A stretch of 64,000 nucleotides of DNA from Piromyces finnis finn (GCA_002104945.1 MCFH01000014.1:682001-746000); one strand, 5' to 3'; numbered from the stretch's first letter, positions 1 through 18,377 are shown. Numbers and translations: made by a program. The notes: generated by a model not told the origin, from the sequence alone.

Positions 1-609
1 AGACATAATATCGAAAACACCACTAACCATTTGGTACTTTGGAACAGTGTATGTGAATTCTGGGTTTAAGATAGAGAACTTTGGATAAACAATTGGTGGG
101 AAAACTCTACCATTCTTAATCTTGTTAACAGTATCACTAATAACACTTCCACCGTTCATTTCACTACCAGTACCAACCATGGTAAGAACGGAAGCAACTG
201 GAACAAGCTTGTGATCACCTAATGGAGCACAGTCAACCCAGTAACGTTGGAAGACATCATCACCTTCGTAGTGAGAAGCAACAGAAATACCCTTGGCACA
301 GTCAACAACACTACCACCACCAACAGCTAAAATTAAGTCAACATTGTTTTCTCTGACTAACTTGGCTCCTTCAAGCATCTTGCTTAAAGCTGGATTTGGT
401 AAAATACCACTGCATTCAATGACATTCTTGTTGCATTTATTTAAAATGGCAATAACTTTATCGTAGATACCATTCCTCTTAATGGAACCACCACCGTAAG
501 CAAGTAAAATGTTCTTACCGTAGTTGTTTAACTCGGCTTCTAAATTATTTAAAGAATCCTTACCAAAGTAAATCTTAGTAGCGTTTTGGAATGAAAAGTC
601 GTACTTCAT
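1..609 (-). CDS. Iron-containing alcohol dehydrogenase (BdhA/YqhD-like), copy 1; 5' part only, gene runs off the left edge of the window
   Basis: ATG at 609-607. Positions 1-609 match 3862-4470 (offset 3861); the only difference I found is at 476 vs 4337 (IKRNG vs IKKNG). Not in the ORF track because it is truncated by the window edge. Confidence 0.9.
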   Translation of the reverse strand, partial: MKYDFSFQNATKIYFGKDSLNNLEAELNNYGKNILLAYGGGSIKRNGIYDKVIAILNKCNKNVIECSGILPNPALSKMLEGAKLVRENNVDLILAVGGGSVVDCAKGISVASHYEGDDVFQRYWVDCAPLGDHKLVPVASVLTMVGTGSEMNGGSVISDTVNKIKNGRVFPPIVYPKFSILNPEFTYTVPKYQMVSGVFDIMS

Positions 610-3297
610 TTTGAATTTTTAAAATTAATAATTATTTAAAAAGTAGATTATTTAATTATCAATAAACAATTAATTAAAAAAAGAAAGAAAATTTATTAAT
701 TTATATAAATTTTAATTACATTTTAATTACATTTTAATTACATTAATTTAAATTATACCACCCAATCAGCATGATCCATTATTTTCTACGTGTTTAATTA
801 TTAATTCAACATTTTTAATTTATTAATGGACTATTTTCCGCTATGGATGAAACATAAAAGCATAATTTGTAATATTAGTAATATTAGTAATATTAGTATT
901 CATTTGCCTTTTCCATTTTAATAGAAAAAAATATCAACTTCAATTTAGCAGAGTTTAGCAGAGAACAAAGGGAAAATAAGTTTAATAGTCTAAATATTCT
1001 CAAAAAAAATGTTTGAAATAAAAAAAGAAAAAAAAAAAAAAAAGAGAAATTGTAGATTATTACTATTCCTTCATTAAATATTCATTTGAAAAAAAAAAAA
1101 AAAGTAATTCCGCTTCCATAAAGAAAATAATAGAAAAAGAAAAAAAAAAAAAGTTTATTTAGAGTCAATCGATAGAAAAAAAATTTTTTTAATGTCAATG
1201 AACTAACCACTCATTTTCCTTTAATTTATTAGAAAATAGGTAGTAGAATTCGATGTCAATATTATAATTATTATAAATAATAATCCATACAATATTATAC
1301 ATTATTATATACACTTTATACACATATAGTATATATATACAATATATACAATATATAATAATAAAAAGATTAATAAACAAGTTATTACTCTATTTAATAG
1401 TAATCCCTTTTTTTTTGATCTATGAGTATGATAAACTTTCTTTTATTATATTCATTTTAATTATTATGGTTTTCTCTTTAATTTTTAAAAAACTTTATAA
1501 AAGTGTTTTTTTTTTTTTAATACTTTTAATAAATAGTTTTACTTTGGTGTATTAAATAAAATATAAAATATTGTTTTAATTCCACTTAAATATCATAATT
1601 AGTAAAACTACTTGTTGATATATATATATATAAATAATATAAAATGAATAATACAACATAAACATAAATGCTCAGTTATAAAAGGAATATTATAACTTCA
1701 ATTAGTCGAAATTCTTTTTTTTGATGAATTCTTTAAACATACATTTTAGGCAACTCCAACTCTTTTTTTTCTTTTCTATGATTTACAATACTCTTTTTTA
1801 GATGTTAATAATTTTTAGATATAACTGTCCATACAATTCATTCTATTAATCTTTTTTTCTAATTTTATATTTATATAAATAAAAAAAAAAAAAATGGATA
1901 TCTCTCCGCAATACCTATATCTATATATTATGTATATTTTTAATTATAATTATTCCTTTAAAAAATAATTGTAATAATAATGTAGAATACTTTTATATTT
2001 GTATTCCATTCTACAAAAACTTTAAAATTTTTATTCCATTTCATATATGTGTATTTATGCATACAGAATGTATCTATTATATTTAATTGTAAATACATTC
2101 CACAACAGTAAAACTCTAACATATTTGTTTTTTTAAATTTTGATAGCGTGTAATTTTATTTCTTAATATTTTAATATACACACTATTTAAATAAAATAAA
2201 TATATAATGAAAATAAAATGAAATATAAATCAATAAAAGAAAGCTACATAGGGCAAAAGGACTTCTAATTCTTCCTGTTCCTCATTGATATAATATGCAA
2301 TACATAAAGGTTATGATTTTCTTAAAAGTTTTTTATCTAAATCATCCCAAAGATTCAACTTTTTTTTTTTTTGTGAATAATCAATAAGAAATTAATAATG
2401 AATATATCATCTATAAAAAATATATATATATATATTTATTGATCTCATCTAAAAAACTTACCGCTAGTTTACCTAACATTTTTTCCAAGAATAATATGAT
2501 ATTGTAAAAGTATTCTTAAACAAGAAAGAAAATTAAATAATTTTGTAATTATTTATTTAATTTTTGAATTTAAATTAAGTAATAATACATATTGATAATT
2601 AGTAAATTAATAAATAATAATAAAATATAAAGATATAAATACAAAGTAAATGTGTAATAAATAATATTTTTTTCCTTTATTGAAACATCATATCAAAGTA
2701 TTAATACAAAAGCTAACTAGAGAGGATATGAATAGTTCCTTAGACATGTTTATATATAATTGTATTTTATGTTTTATAATAAAAACTTTCTTAAAATCAA
2801 GAAATCTGGATAAGTATATTTAAATTTTCTTCTATAATAAATTTCTCTAATTAATATGTATAATATAAACATTAAAATTCCATAAAATTTTGTTAAACTT
2901 TACACAATTAAAAGGCTTCTTTTCTATTACTTTTAAAATAACAATACCCTTAAAAATGAACATCTATATTTACACACAAAATTTTAATAACTTATTTTTT
3001 AAAACTATTTTTTTTATTTTATTTTATTTATTTTATTTGCATTTTATGATTTTATGATATACGATTTTTAAATGTTATTTTACAGATATTATTTACGTTT
3101 ATTCGTTTATTTACATATTTTATTGTAATTGTTGTTGTTTATTGAATGACTTTTCATGGTTTATTCTTTTTTTTTTTAATTCCTTGTAAAATTTTTTAAA
3201 ATTTTAAAAAGAATTTTATACTCAATATATAAAACCTTTAATATATATATTGAATATGTATGTTTCATTTATCAAGATTATACATTATAATCTAAAT

Positions 3298-4470
3298 TTA
3301 TTCGTAACAGTTCTTTAAGATTTCTAAGATTTCTTCGTGGGTAACTTCCTTGTAACCACCACCTAAGATACATGAGTTAGCAATATCTGGTAACATTTCC
3401 TTAGTAGCTCCAAGTTCCTTAAGAGTAGTAACCATACCACATTCCTTAGCAAACTTTTCCATACAATCAATACCTTCAAGAGCAACTTGTTCATCAGTCT
3501 TACCAGTGGCATCAACCTTCCAGATTTCCTTAGCGAAACGGACAAACTTATGAAGACCGAACTTGTAGATGTAACGGTAGTATGGCATAGAAATAGCACA
3601 TAATCCCATACCGTGAGCACAGTCAGTGTAAGCACTAAGTTGGTGTTCAATCATGTGAACTTCCCAATCTTGAGTCTTAGAACAAGCAACTAATTGATTT
3701 AAGGCAACAGTAGCATCCCACATAATGTTACTTCTAGCTTCGTAGTTAGTTGGATCTTCAATAGCAATCTTAACTGCACGAATAACATTCTTGTAAATAC
3801 CTTCAATAAGGTAATCAGAAGTGTTGTCATCATCACCAGAGAAGTATTGTTCCATTAAGTGAGACATAATATCGAAAACACCACTAACCATTTGGTACTT
3901 TGGAACAGTGTATGTGAATTCTGGGTTTAAGATAGAGAACTTTGGATAAACAATTGGTGGGAAAACTCTACCATTCTTAATCTTGTTAACAGTATCACTA
4001 ATAACACTTCCACCGTTCATTTCACTACCAGTACCAACCATGGTAAGAACGGAAGCAACTGGAACAAGCTTGTGATCACCTAATGGAGCACAGTCAACCC
4101 AGTAACGTTGGAAGACATCATCACCTTCGTAGTGAGAAGCAACAGAAATACCCTTGGCACAGTCAACAACACTACCACCACCAACAGCTAAAATTAAGTC
4201 AACATTGTTTTCTCTGACTAACTTGGCTCCTTCAAGCATCTTGCTTAAAGCTGGATTTGGTAAAATACCACTGCATTCAATGACATTCTTGTTGCATTTA
4301 TTTAAAATGGCAATAACTTTATCGTAGATACCATTCTTCTTAATGGAACCACCACCGTAAGCAAGTAAAATGTTCTTACCGTAGTTGTTTAACTCGGCTT
4401 CTAAATTATTTAAAGAATCCTTACCAAAGTAAATCTTAGTAGCGTTTTGGAATGAAAAGTCGTACTTCAT
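3298..4470 (-). CDS. Iron-containing alcohol dehydrogenase, bacterial butanol dehydrogenase (BdhA/B)/YqhD-like, copy 2, intronless, 390 aa
   Basis: Motifs AYGGGSIKK, AVGGGSVVDCAK and GTGSEMN, plus metal ligands D-x2-SH-x2-E, H-x-IEH and CAHG, are typical of Fe-ADH group III. No introns. Confidence 0.92.
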   Translation of the reverse strand: MKYDFSFQNATKIYFGKDSLNNLEAELNNYGKNILLAYGGGSIKKNGIYDKVIAILNKCNKNVIECSGILPNPALSKMLEGAKLVRENNVDLILAVGGGSVVDCAKGISVASHYEGDDVFQRYWVDCAPLGDHKLVPVASVLTMVGTGSEMNGGSVISDTVNKIKNGRVFPPIVYPKFSILNPEFTYTVPKYQMVSGVFDIMSHLMEQYFSGDDDNTSDYLIEGIYKNVIRAVKIAIEDPTNYEARSNIMWDATVALNQLVACSKTQDWEVHMIEHQLSAYTDCAHGMGLCAISMPYYRYIYKFGLHKFVRFAKEIWKVDATGKTDEQVALEGIDCMEKFAKECGMVTTLKELGATKEMLPDIANSCILGGGYKEVTHEEILEILKNCYE

Positions 4471-7400
4471 TTTGTATTAATTACAATAAAATAAAAATAA
4501 AAATTATATATATTATTGTTTACTGTATAGTGCTTACAAAAATAGGTTGGAATTTCAATCTATTTATACTTTTTTAATAAAACATGATAATTAAATATTT
4601 CAACCAATCATATTTTAAGATTTCACATTTATTATTTTATAATTTCCACTATAATGGAACTAAAACCGCATATTAAACAATAAAAGAAATTTTGGTAGAG
4701 TCATTAGTAATTATCTCATTTATAGGAAAAACTTTAAATTAATAATATTAAATGAGAAATGATGGATTATCAATAAAATGATGTAGATAGATGATGATTC
4801 ATCTTGATCCATAATTCCTATTTTTTTTATTCATCAATGTATTTAAGTCAAAAATAATAACTATATAAATATATAAAAGAAATGAAATAAATTGGATTAA
4901 TAGTGAATACGCATATGAATTTATATGAGAATGTTTAAAAGAAACTAATATTATTATTATTCTTAAATTATTAAATATCATTATATATTTTTGTATTTTG
5001 TATGGTGTATGTGTATAACTTTATTTAAAACTATTATATAATAAAAAATAATTAAGTTTATTTTTAAAAAGTTTAATTAATTAATATGAATATTTATGGT
5101 TTAATTTCAACAGTCCTTTCAACTTTATTTTTTTAATTAAACTTCAATTTTTATCGCGCGTTTATTATGAAAAAGAAAATATTAAAATGAAAGGTTTATT
5201 TTTTATTATTAATACTTAGTATTCAATTATAAATAATAAATAATAAATAATGAAAATATTCATCATTTGTCATATTTCTTTTCTTATTAGCAATGAATAT
5301 TTAAACAACACCTTGAAGTATAAAAATACAAGGATTTTAATCCGCAAATATTATTAATGTTTGTGGGGTAATTTATTATAATAGATTATATTGAAAAGAA
5401 AAGAGAGACAAACAATTCCTAATCATTTATTTTTGTTTATTATATTATATTTCCATATTAAACTTTAAATATAAAATATTAAAGAATAACTTTTACATAA
5501 TAAATAGTAATCTATATTCTTTATATTTGTTGTGAACATTTATGGACACATAATTTTATTTATCTATAGCATATATTTATGAACACATGTGATTAGTCTA
5601 TAAAACATAAACATGTATTAAAAGTGTTGTAAACGTAATGTCTACGTGTTGTAGAGAAAGTTATTTTTTTATTTTGTTTTCTATGGTCACATGACCTTAA
5701 ATTTTATTATATAACTGTAATATTTACAGTGTAACTTTTTCTCTTTGTTAACCTTATGAATAAAATTTTTAATTAAATTTATTTCACACTTTTAAAGTTA
5801 GAATATTATTATAATAGAATATATAGGGTTAGGTTTTAATAAATAAAAATTCAATATTGATATTATTGATGTATTATTATTATTGGTATTATTATTAGTA
5901 GTAGTAGTAGTAGTAGTAGTAGTATTATTATTATTATTATTATTTTACTTTTTTTTATCATTATATTATTATGTTTATATTTATTATATAAATTATTAAT
6001 TCATTTTTCAGAAAAAAAATAAAGATTATGATGAATTGTGATATATATAAAAACTTGAATTATTTTGTTTTTTTAATATATAATACATTTGCAATTTTAT
6101 TTTTTATTAGATCGGTTTATATTATTTATCCTTTTTCACTTAACACCACTCAATTATTTCTTACATAAAAATATAATTTAAAAAAAGCGACGACAATAAT
6201 AATAAAAGACCAAGTTTATTAAAATTAGACTTTATGTTAACATAATTTTGAGGTTTTTTTATAAATAATAGAAAATAATATAAATATTATATTATATTAA
6301 GCCTGAATTTGAATAAAAATATTCTAATTAATATTTGAATCATTTAGTGCTTTCTTTATTTTTGATTTTATATAGAAAAATAATTATAGTATAATTATTA
6401 TTATAAATATTTGATTTGATTATTATTAATAACTATAATTCTTTATAATTATGAAAAAAAAAAAAGCTCATTTATTCAAACAAGAGAAATTATAATAAAA
6501 ACTTTGAAAAATATTTTCATAAAATGATATTCTATTTCTATAATTTATCAATAGTCTGGAGTTAGATTTTTTTTAATATTACATACGGAAAAATGTTTTA
6601 TTTTATAATGAAATATCATTTTTTATAAAAAAAAAAATTCAATTATTAATTATATTTTTATTATTATAGAGGTAAATATATATATATATATTTTAAAAAA
6701 CATATTTATTTTATTTATTTAATAAAAAACAGAGTTTTCTAATCCTTGTATTACTTTTTTTTCCTTTAGATAATATTCCTCAGTCATAAAGAGAATAAAA
6801 TGATAAGAAAGGACTATTTTTATTTAGTTAATAAGAATATTAATTTAATAATAAATTTGCTATATTAGTTTATATTATTTATCTTTTAACTAGATTAATG
6901 CATATAAAAAAAGAAAGATTTGAGGATATGACTATTGAATTAACTTTTTTTTTTCAAACAGAATACTCAATTTTTTTCTTTTCTTGATCAACTTTTTAAA
7001 GGTTATGGTGAAGCAAAAATGTATTAAAAAACATAAACTATAATTTTATTGAATATTATACATAACCTTGTACTTTTTATATATAATAAATCGAAAAACA
7101 ATATCAAAATATTATGTATAACCTTTTATATAAAATAAAAACAAGTATTACTATTCTTTTTTTTTATTTTATTTTAATAATTAAAAAAGGGTGCTATTAA
7201 AAGTTTTTTTGAGAAAATTTTTTTTATTAATAAAGTTTTAGAAAATGGAAATTTTTATGAAAAATCCTGGAATAATATTAATATTTTATAATAAATAAAA
7301 TTTTAATATTTTTATTTTAATTTATTTATAATATTAAATATTTCCATACATAGAAATAGTATAATATAATGACAGTTCATTTTTAATCTAAATTAATTTT

Positions 7401-7791
7401 ATTTCTATATTAAATAAAGTTTATTTAATATAATATAAAAATGTATATAAATAAATTAATTAAATATAAATTAAAAAAGTTTTACATTAAATCATCAATA
7501 AGTATTATTTGTGAAATGCATGACAAAATTGATATGATGAAAATACTGAATCATATAAAAAGTTTAATTAATAATAAAAATATCATAAAAAGCTAATGCT
7601 GAAAAAAAAAAAAAGTGTTGGTTGTTTGTTGCTGTTATTTGATGTTAAAAAGGAATAAAGATAAAAAAATAAAACATTAATCTAGTATAAACAAGTTTAT
7701 AGCAATATATGATTCTTTCAACTTACTCTTTATAAATTATGAATATAAAACAATACTATTGTAAAAAATAATTAATATAATTAATAAACTC

Positions 7792-7860
7792 TTAATATTC
7801 ATTTATCCATAGACTAAAGAAAATATGTTACTTTTTAGTCTATGGATAAATGAATATTAA
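7792..7860. repeat. Perfect 27-bp inverted repeat with a 15-nt loop
   Basis: 7792-7818 TTAATATTCATTTATCCATAGACTAAA is the exact reverse complement of 7834-7860. Confidence 0.9.
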
Positions 7861-10800
7861 CATATTTTCTTTCAAATGCTAATACGATTAGAGTTGGCCA
7901 TGAGCCTATTTTCTATTCTCCATTGATGATGAATATTGTTATCATTCATTGCTATTATATACACACTATTCCTGATTATAGTTTTTATTATTATGATGAT
8001 GATGATATTTTTTTTTTTTTTTTTATATTTGATGTTTGTCATCTATTCAACTCATTTTCTATTTTTTTTAATATAATTAGCAATATTGATATTATTATTA
8101 ATTATTGCACTTTTTATTGTTACACTTTTTATTATTACTATTATTATTAGTTATTAATTGATTATTACACTTTTTATTACATTTGTTGTTATTTCCTTGC
8201 TATCATTATTCTGCTACTTTATACCTTCCTCTTCTTTTGTAGCGATCTTTTCCCATGATATAAAAATCTCAAATTCAACTTTTTGACCAATAAAAATTTT
8301 CTAACACACAAACCAATTTTTATATTAAAAATCAATATAATAATATATTATAATACATTACTAATATATTAATATTGCAACCTCAAAATTCTATTGGATC
8401 AATTAATTGATACATTTGAAACCAAAAATAAAAACATACCTACCAACATGATAGGAAATGAAACAATGATTACAAGGCTAGGGGATAAAGAAAGAAAGAA
8501 AAACGATGATGCATAATACAATAGTTTGAATAAAAAGTATTTAATTGTATGTAGGATATGATACTGTTCTAATAATAGAAGAACTAATTATTCTCTATAA
8601 TAATAATTGATAAAATTGAATAATTATTTAATAGTTGAAATAAAATAGTGTTAATGTTGCCTTTTTTTAAATTATAGCCTTTACATAAGAAATCTCTATT
8701 ACTCTTTTATTTTAAAAAAAAAGTTATACTAGTCTCTACCTAGGCAATTAATATTACTACATGGGATAGTTGTACAGACTCGTATTTTTTTTTTTTTTAT
8801 TATTTTTAAAAATGTTTTTATTAATTTTCTTTTATTTACTAAAAAATTAAATTCATCATTCTTTTGTTGTGTGATGTGTATGTCATACATGAATGATGTT
8901 CTTAATTATAAAATATTCTGTTAATTTATAACATTATTTGAAATAACTTATCCTTTAATGCTTTGATTTCTTTTTTTTTATTTCAATAATAAGCATAATA
9001 ATAATAATAATAATAATAATTTTTGGTTTCGGTTTTTCTTTTAGTATTATCATTTATTTTTTTTTTTTTTTTGTTATTATTGTACTTGCTTCGATTAATT
9101 AAAATTTATTGATTTTAATTATTATTTTTTTCCGCATATAAAAACCATTAGATTTCCCAAAAATTCTCGAACTTTAATTTTTTTTTCTTCTTAAGCAATT
9201 AATAATAATTTTTAGTTATTATTATTAAAAGAAATAATTATTAAAACAAAAAATAATTAAGACTTTTATTTCATAAAAGAAAAGTTTTATTTATAAAAAA
9301 AAAAGTTCTTCAAGAAAGTTTTATTTTGTATTAAATACAATTTAAAAAAAGTTATTACATATTCAAATTGATTTTGAATTAATAAAAACTGAAAAAAGAA
9401 AAAAATTTACTGATTAAACAGGTTTTAATCTATCTCTTTTAAAAAAGAAAAAAGAAAATTATTTTAAAGGTATTGTGTGAATAGAAAGTAATACTATATA
9501 TTATTAGTATTAAGATAAAATTATCAAAGAATATAAAGTATGAAAAAAAAAAAGCATAATAGTATATAAAAGTAAAAATAAAGCTAGTAGTAAAAAAGTT
9601 GGAAATATAAAGAAGAAAATACAAAAGATTAAAAATTGTAATGAAATAGGAAAATAAATGTTTTATTATGATATTATTATTTAGAAAAACCTTTTAATAT
9701 ATAGATAGTAGTTTTTTTAGAAAGTGAAAAAAAAAAATAATATAAATAACTCATTGGAAAGTTTTATCGACACTTGTCCATTTTATAGAAAAAAAATAAT
9801 AATAAATCAAAACAAATTAGCAAATAGGAATAAAAAGCGTATGATACTTTTATGGTTTATAATGAAATAATATAAACTAGTGTAAATAAATAAATAAATA
9901 AATATAAAACTATGAATTATTAATAGTAATATTTACCGTAATATTTTTTTCAGCTAATAGATTAATATATATTTAAAAAGTATATTATAAAAATATAATA
10001 CTATTATTTTTATGATATTTTGAATGAATATAGTAAAAAAAAAATAACATAATAAATTGAAGCACTACAAACTGAAAATGTGTATTACTTTTAGAATAAT
10101 AATATTATCAATACTTTATGATCGTAGATGGTTTAAAAACTTTTTAATATAATTTTTATAATAAAATTTTAAAAGAAATAGTGAAATAGTTAATAATAGT
10201 AAAACAATTCAACGATATACTAATAGTGTAAATATGAATAAATACCATTCTTGTTATATTTAGTGCTTAGAGTACTACTGAAAAAAGTACCTTTTTATAT
10301 TAATAGTTACCTTTTTATTATTTATAATAATCTTTATTTTTTAATTATTATGTCATCATGATTAGTAAATAAATTAGACTTTAATAAAAAGATTTTAATA
10401 TATAGATGAATATATAATAATATATGTTAAGAATATATTTATAATATAATACTAGAAATATATTAATTTAAAAATAGGAAAATTATTTATAAATAATAAA
10501 ATCATACATTATATTTTTTAATAATATATTATTATTTTATTTATTAAATAATTTTTAAATATAATAAATAAAACTTTCTTTTTTTAAATAAACATATTGT
10601 GTGTAAAAAGATAATAAAAAAGAAAAAATAAACATTTGATTTATCATACATTTAAATAAAAAAATATCATAAAAGAATATAAATCACTTATTATTTAAAT
10701 AACAAAAAGATAACTAATATTGTTTATTTTCTTTTTTATGAATTTTAAATATATATACAAAATAACAAAAACAATCAAATAAACCTAAAATAAAATAACT

Positions 10801-10911
10801 TCATCTGGAATATATTAGAAAGTTTTAAAATTTTCAATTAAATAATAAAAACAAAATATTATTAATATTACCCTCAAAGTTTTTTTTTTGTAAAGAAATA
10901 ATATAAATAAA

Positions 10912-14727
<3,816 letters not shown>

Positions 14728-15628
14728 ATGAATTATGCTTCATGAGTTGATTATACCATAAAAAAAAGTATGTTCATTGTAAATTTATAAAAAAAAAACA
14801 TCATATAAATTATTCTTTCATCATTTATTGTTTTCTATTTTTTTTTCATGTTTATATAATATTATAATAATATATAATAATGCATACCACCACTTTTAAT
14901 TAAAAAAAAAATAATATATATATAATTAATTTATATAATCTAACACTCATTAATCAGGGGTTTTAAATAATAGATCTTCTTTTTTATATTTAAAAAAATC
15001 CACAAACAAAAAAAAAATTGTAAAAAATGTTTTAAAAAAGTAAAGGAAAATTATTAAAAAAAAATTATTAAAAAACCAATTAAACAAGTAAAAAAAAAAA
15101 AAAACTAATAAAAAAATATAAAATAATATAAAAAAAAAAAAATAATGTGTAAAGAATAACATTTCTAGACAAGAAGAAATGATTATTTTAGTGTAGTTTT
15201 TTTTTTTTTTTTAATTATTATTCCATAAAGGAAAGAATCAATCAATAGTTTTAAAGGTCTCTTATTGCCAATAAAAGATGCCTTTTTTTTTTTTTCATTT
15301 TATATATAGTTGTTTTTTCTATTTCAAAACCTAATCTTTTAAATTTATATTTTTAAAAAATTTTATCCAATCATTTAATAGAAATAAATTTTTTTAAATT
15401 TTTTTTTTAATTATAATATTTTTTTAATTTTTTAGATTTATCAGAATATTAATATAAAAAAAAGTTTTATTTTTTTTTAAAGAAAAAACAGGACTATATT
15501 ATAAATTATAATATTATACCATTACTTTTTTATATAAACTTTTTATAACTTAATTCAACACATTTTTTAAAAGTAAAAACAACAACAACAAACAAACAAA
15601 AAAAAAACAAAGATAAAAAAAGAAAAAA

Positions 15629-16995
15629 ATGGGTAAAGGTGCTAGAGTTAATAAGGTTAAAAAGAATACTTTAAAGGAAAATAGAAGAAGTCGTAGTGCT
15701 TTCCGTGCTCGTTCTGGTATTGCTTCTCATCAAGCTGCCACTAAGGGTGTTACAGTTTCTGAAGTTCTTAATAATGATGTTATGCTTGAAAATAAAAATA
15801 AAAAGACTTCTGATATTGTTAAAGATTTATTAAAGGTTAATCCAGTCAATAGTACTAGAATTGGTAAGAATCGTGCTCTTATGCGTTCTAAAACTCTTAC
15901 TAAGAAGAAGTTAAGACAAGCTGTTAAAGCTAAAAGAAATGTAAGCAAAAAATATATTTATCTTTTATTTTTTTTTGAAATCCATTCTTTCCCTATTTTT
16001 TTTTAGAATTAAAATATTTAGAAAAAAAAAATATATATATATAACGACGTTGAAATATAATATAATGTATTTAACAATGAATATAAAAGAATTAAATCAG
16101 GATTTTTTTTTTAAAAAAAAAACATCAAAAAGCATTCAAATATTATTATTTTATTTTATTTTTTTTTTAAAAAAAAAAAATCGAGAAATTTAATATTTAT
16201 TTCAATAATCTATAATCAAAAAACTTTCCTATATTGGAAAATATTATGATTTTATAATACTATCATAATCAAATTATATTACTGTTCAATTAATAATAAT
16301 GAATTCAAATCAAAGAATAAAGAATTATTTTTAAAAGAAATAATATTAATAGAAATGAAAGACTTGAATCATGATATAAAGAAGTAGCCATTTAGCAATG
16401 AATGCTTTATTTAAAATTTAATTTAAATATTTTTATATATTATACACTATACACAATATACAAAATATATATACATTTTTTAATATAATCAATTAAACAA
16501 TATGCTATGATAATTTAATTAAAACGGGCTATTACAAATATACTAGAAATATTATCTATGATATATATTTTTTTTTCATTTTATTTTTTAAATTTTTCAA
16601 AAATCTTGTACATCAGAAATTAACATATAATATTATTCTTTATCTTATTTATAAATTCTTTTTAGGATATTGGTAGATTAATAGCTAAGGGTGTATTAGT
16701 TGCTGATTCCGATATGTCAGGTAAATATTTATATTGAATATATATTAATAGACACAAAATAATTTTTAAAAAATATTCTTTAAAGAAAAAGGCATTTATA
16801 ACATTATATATTTTCGTATATATTATAGTTGATTTAGCTACAGAAGCTATGCAACAAGATGATCAAGCTAACGCCTTTGCTACAGAAATTAAACCAGCTA
16901 GACTTAACCGTTCTGGTCCAAATGTATTAGAATTCAGAGATGCCAGTGAATTAAGTTCTACTGGTACTACTTTAGGTGAACCAACCTATGTATAA
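15629..16995 (+). CDS. ALB1: Alb1-like pre-60S ribosome biogenesis factor (~177 aa), 3 exons
   Basis: Exons 15629-15940, 16666-16720 and 16829-16995, all GT-AG and in frame. Basic N-terminus, SKTLTKKKLRQAVKAKRN and terminal GTTLGEPTYV resemble yeast Alb1 (TRTLSKKRAKKIERN ... GTTLGGPFFP, recalled from memory) at similar length. Confidence 0.62.
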
Positions 16996-17391
16996 GTTGG
17001 TTACAGAAAAAGATAAAACTTAAAAGAACAGAAAAAAAAAAAAAAAGAAATAGCAACCGCATTATTATATAATACGCACACTTTTATCATATATATTAAA
17101 GTAAATAAAGTATATGTATAGATATATATTTTATTTAATATATATACTTTTAATTTTTTTTCCATCACAAGATAAACAATATAATTTAAAAACTCAGTTT
17201 ACTAATCTGATACAGCATAAAACAATATTAATAATCAATACAACATATTTACCTATAAAGAACTTTTTTTTTTTTATTGTAAAACTATATGTATATTTCA
17301 TCTTTAATATGTAGAGTATAAACAATATATATAAAATACTAAAGAGAAATTTCATTTATAGAATAGAATTGATTTTAATTTCTTTTTTTAT

Positions 17392-17429
<38 letters not shown>

Positions 17430-18377
17430 AAAGCAATTTAAATATTTATTTATATCTATATATATTTTATTAAATATCTAATAATAATAAAAAAAAATAA
17501 AAAAAAAAAAAAAATTAAAAAATATATATATTAAAATGATGTTTTACGTTTATATTATAAAGAGTGCTTTATTTTTAAATTTAAAATAATATGAATTTAA
17601 TATTTAAATAGTGGTAATTCTAGTCATATAAAAGAGAAATTTCAATTTAAAAAGATCAAAAAGTTATCAATTATTTTTAATTCAAGATAAATAATTTTAA
17701 AATAAAAAACTATCAGAAAATACAAGAATTTTGTTTTTTTTCTATTTCAAAGTGCTTATTTAACTTGACGATATAAAGTAAAGAAGAAATTCAAAAATAT
17801 TTAAAATATAACAAAAATTCTATAAAAAAAAAAGTTTTATAGAGAGAGAGAAAAAAAAAAGTTCATTTGGAGTTTTAAAATTTACTATTTTATTTTATTC
17901 CAGGTATATACTATAATGATACTATTTGTATTTATTGTTTATAAAATAAATGATTTAAATCTAATAAACTCTATATATTGAAAATATAATGTTTAAATTC
18001 TATTCATTTATTAAAAAGATGACTTTTTTTTTTTTTTTTTCATTTTTTTTAAAAGTAATTATTTTTAAAAAAAAAAAAAAAAATTAAATTTTTAATTTCG
18101 GAAAATACTTTAAAATTTAATTTATTCGAGAGAGGAAAATTAAATTTTTTTCCTATATATTAAAGTTAGTGTAAAGTAATGATATTTTTATTTTATTTTA
18201 TTTTATTCTTTTAAATATTATTATTATTATTAAAAAAATAATATAAATACATACTATATACATACTATATAAATATATAAATCTATTAGAATTTATAAAA
18301 TTATATAATTATAAATCATTCCTATTCCTATTTTTATATTTCCATTTTTTTATTATTAATTCCTATTAATATTCATC

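Noticed and set aside
3363-3650. Small ORFs overlapping real genes in other frames or strands (ADH, TPR, CBM18 and gag-pol regions)
   Set aside because: Shadow ORFs produced by biased codon usage of the main gene.
7870-8300. Minus-strand coding-like remnant (GQKVEFEIFISWEKIATKEEEG)
   Set aside because: Too short and too interrupted to assign to any family.
1195-9624. Short F/I/Y-rich ORFs in intergenic DNA (1195, 4799, 7923, 9439; also 14950, 15975, 17114, 24583, 56519)
   Set aside because: Their composition simply mirrors ~90% AT sequence; no motifs and no host-like codon usage.
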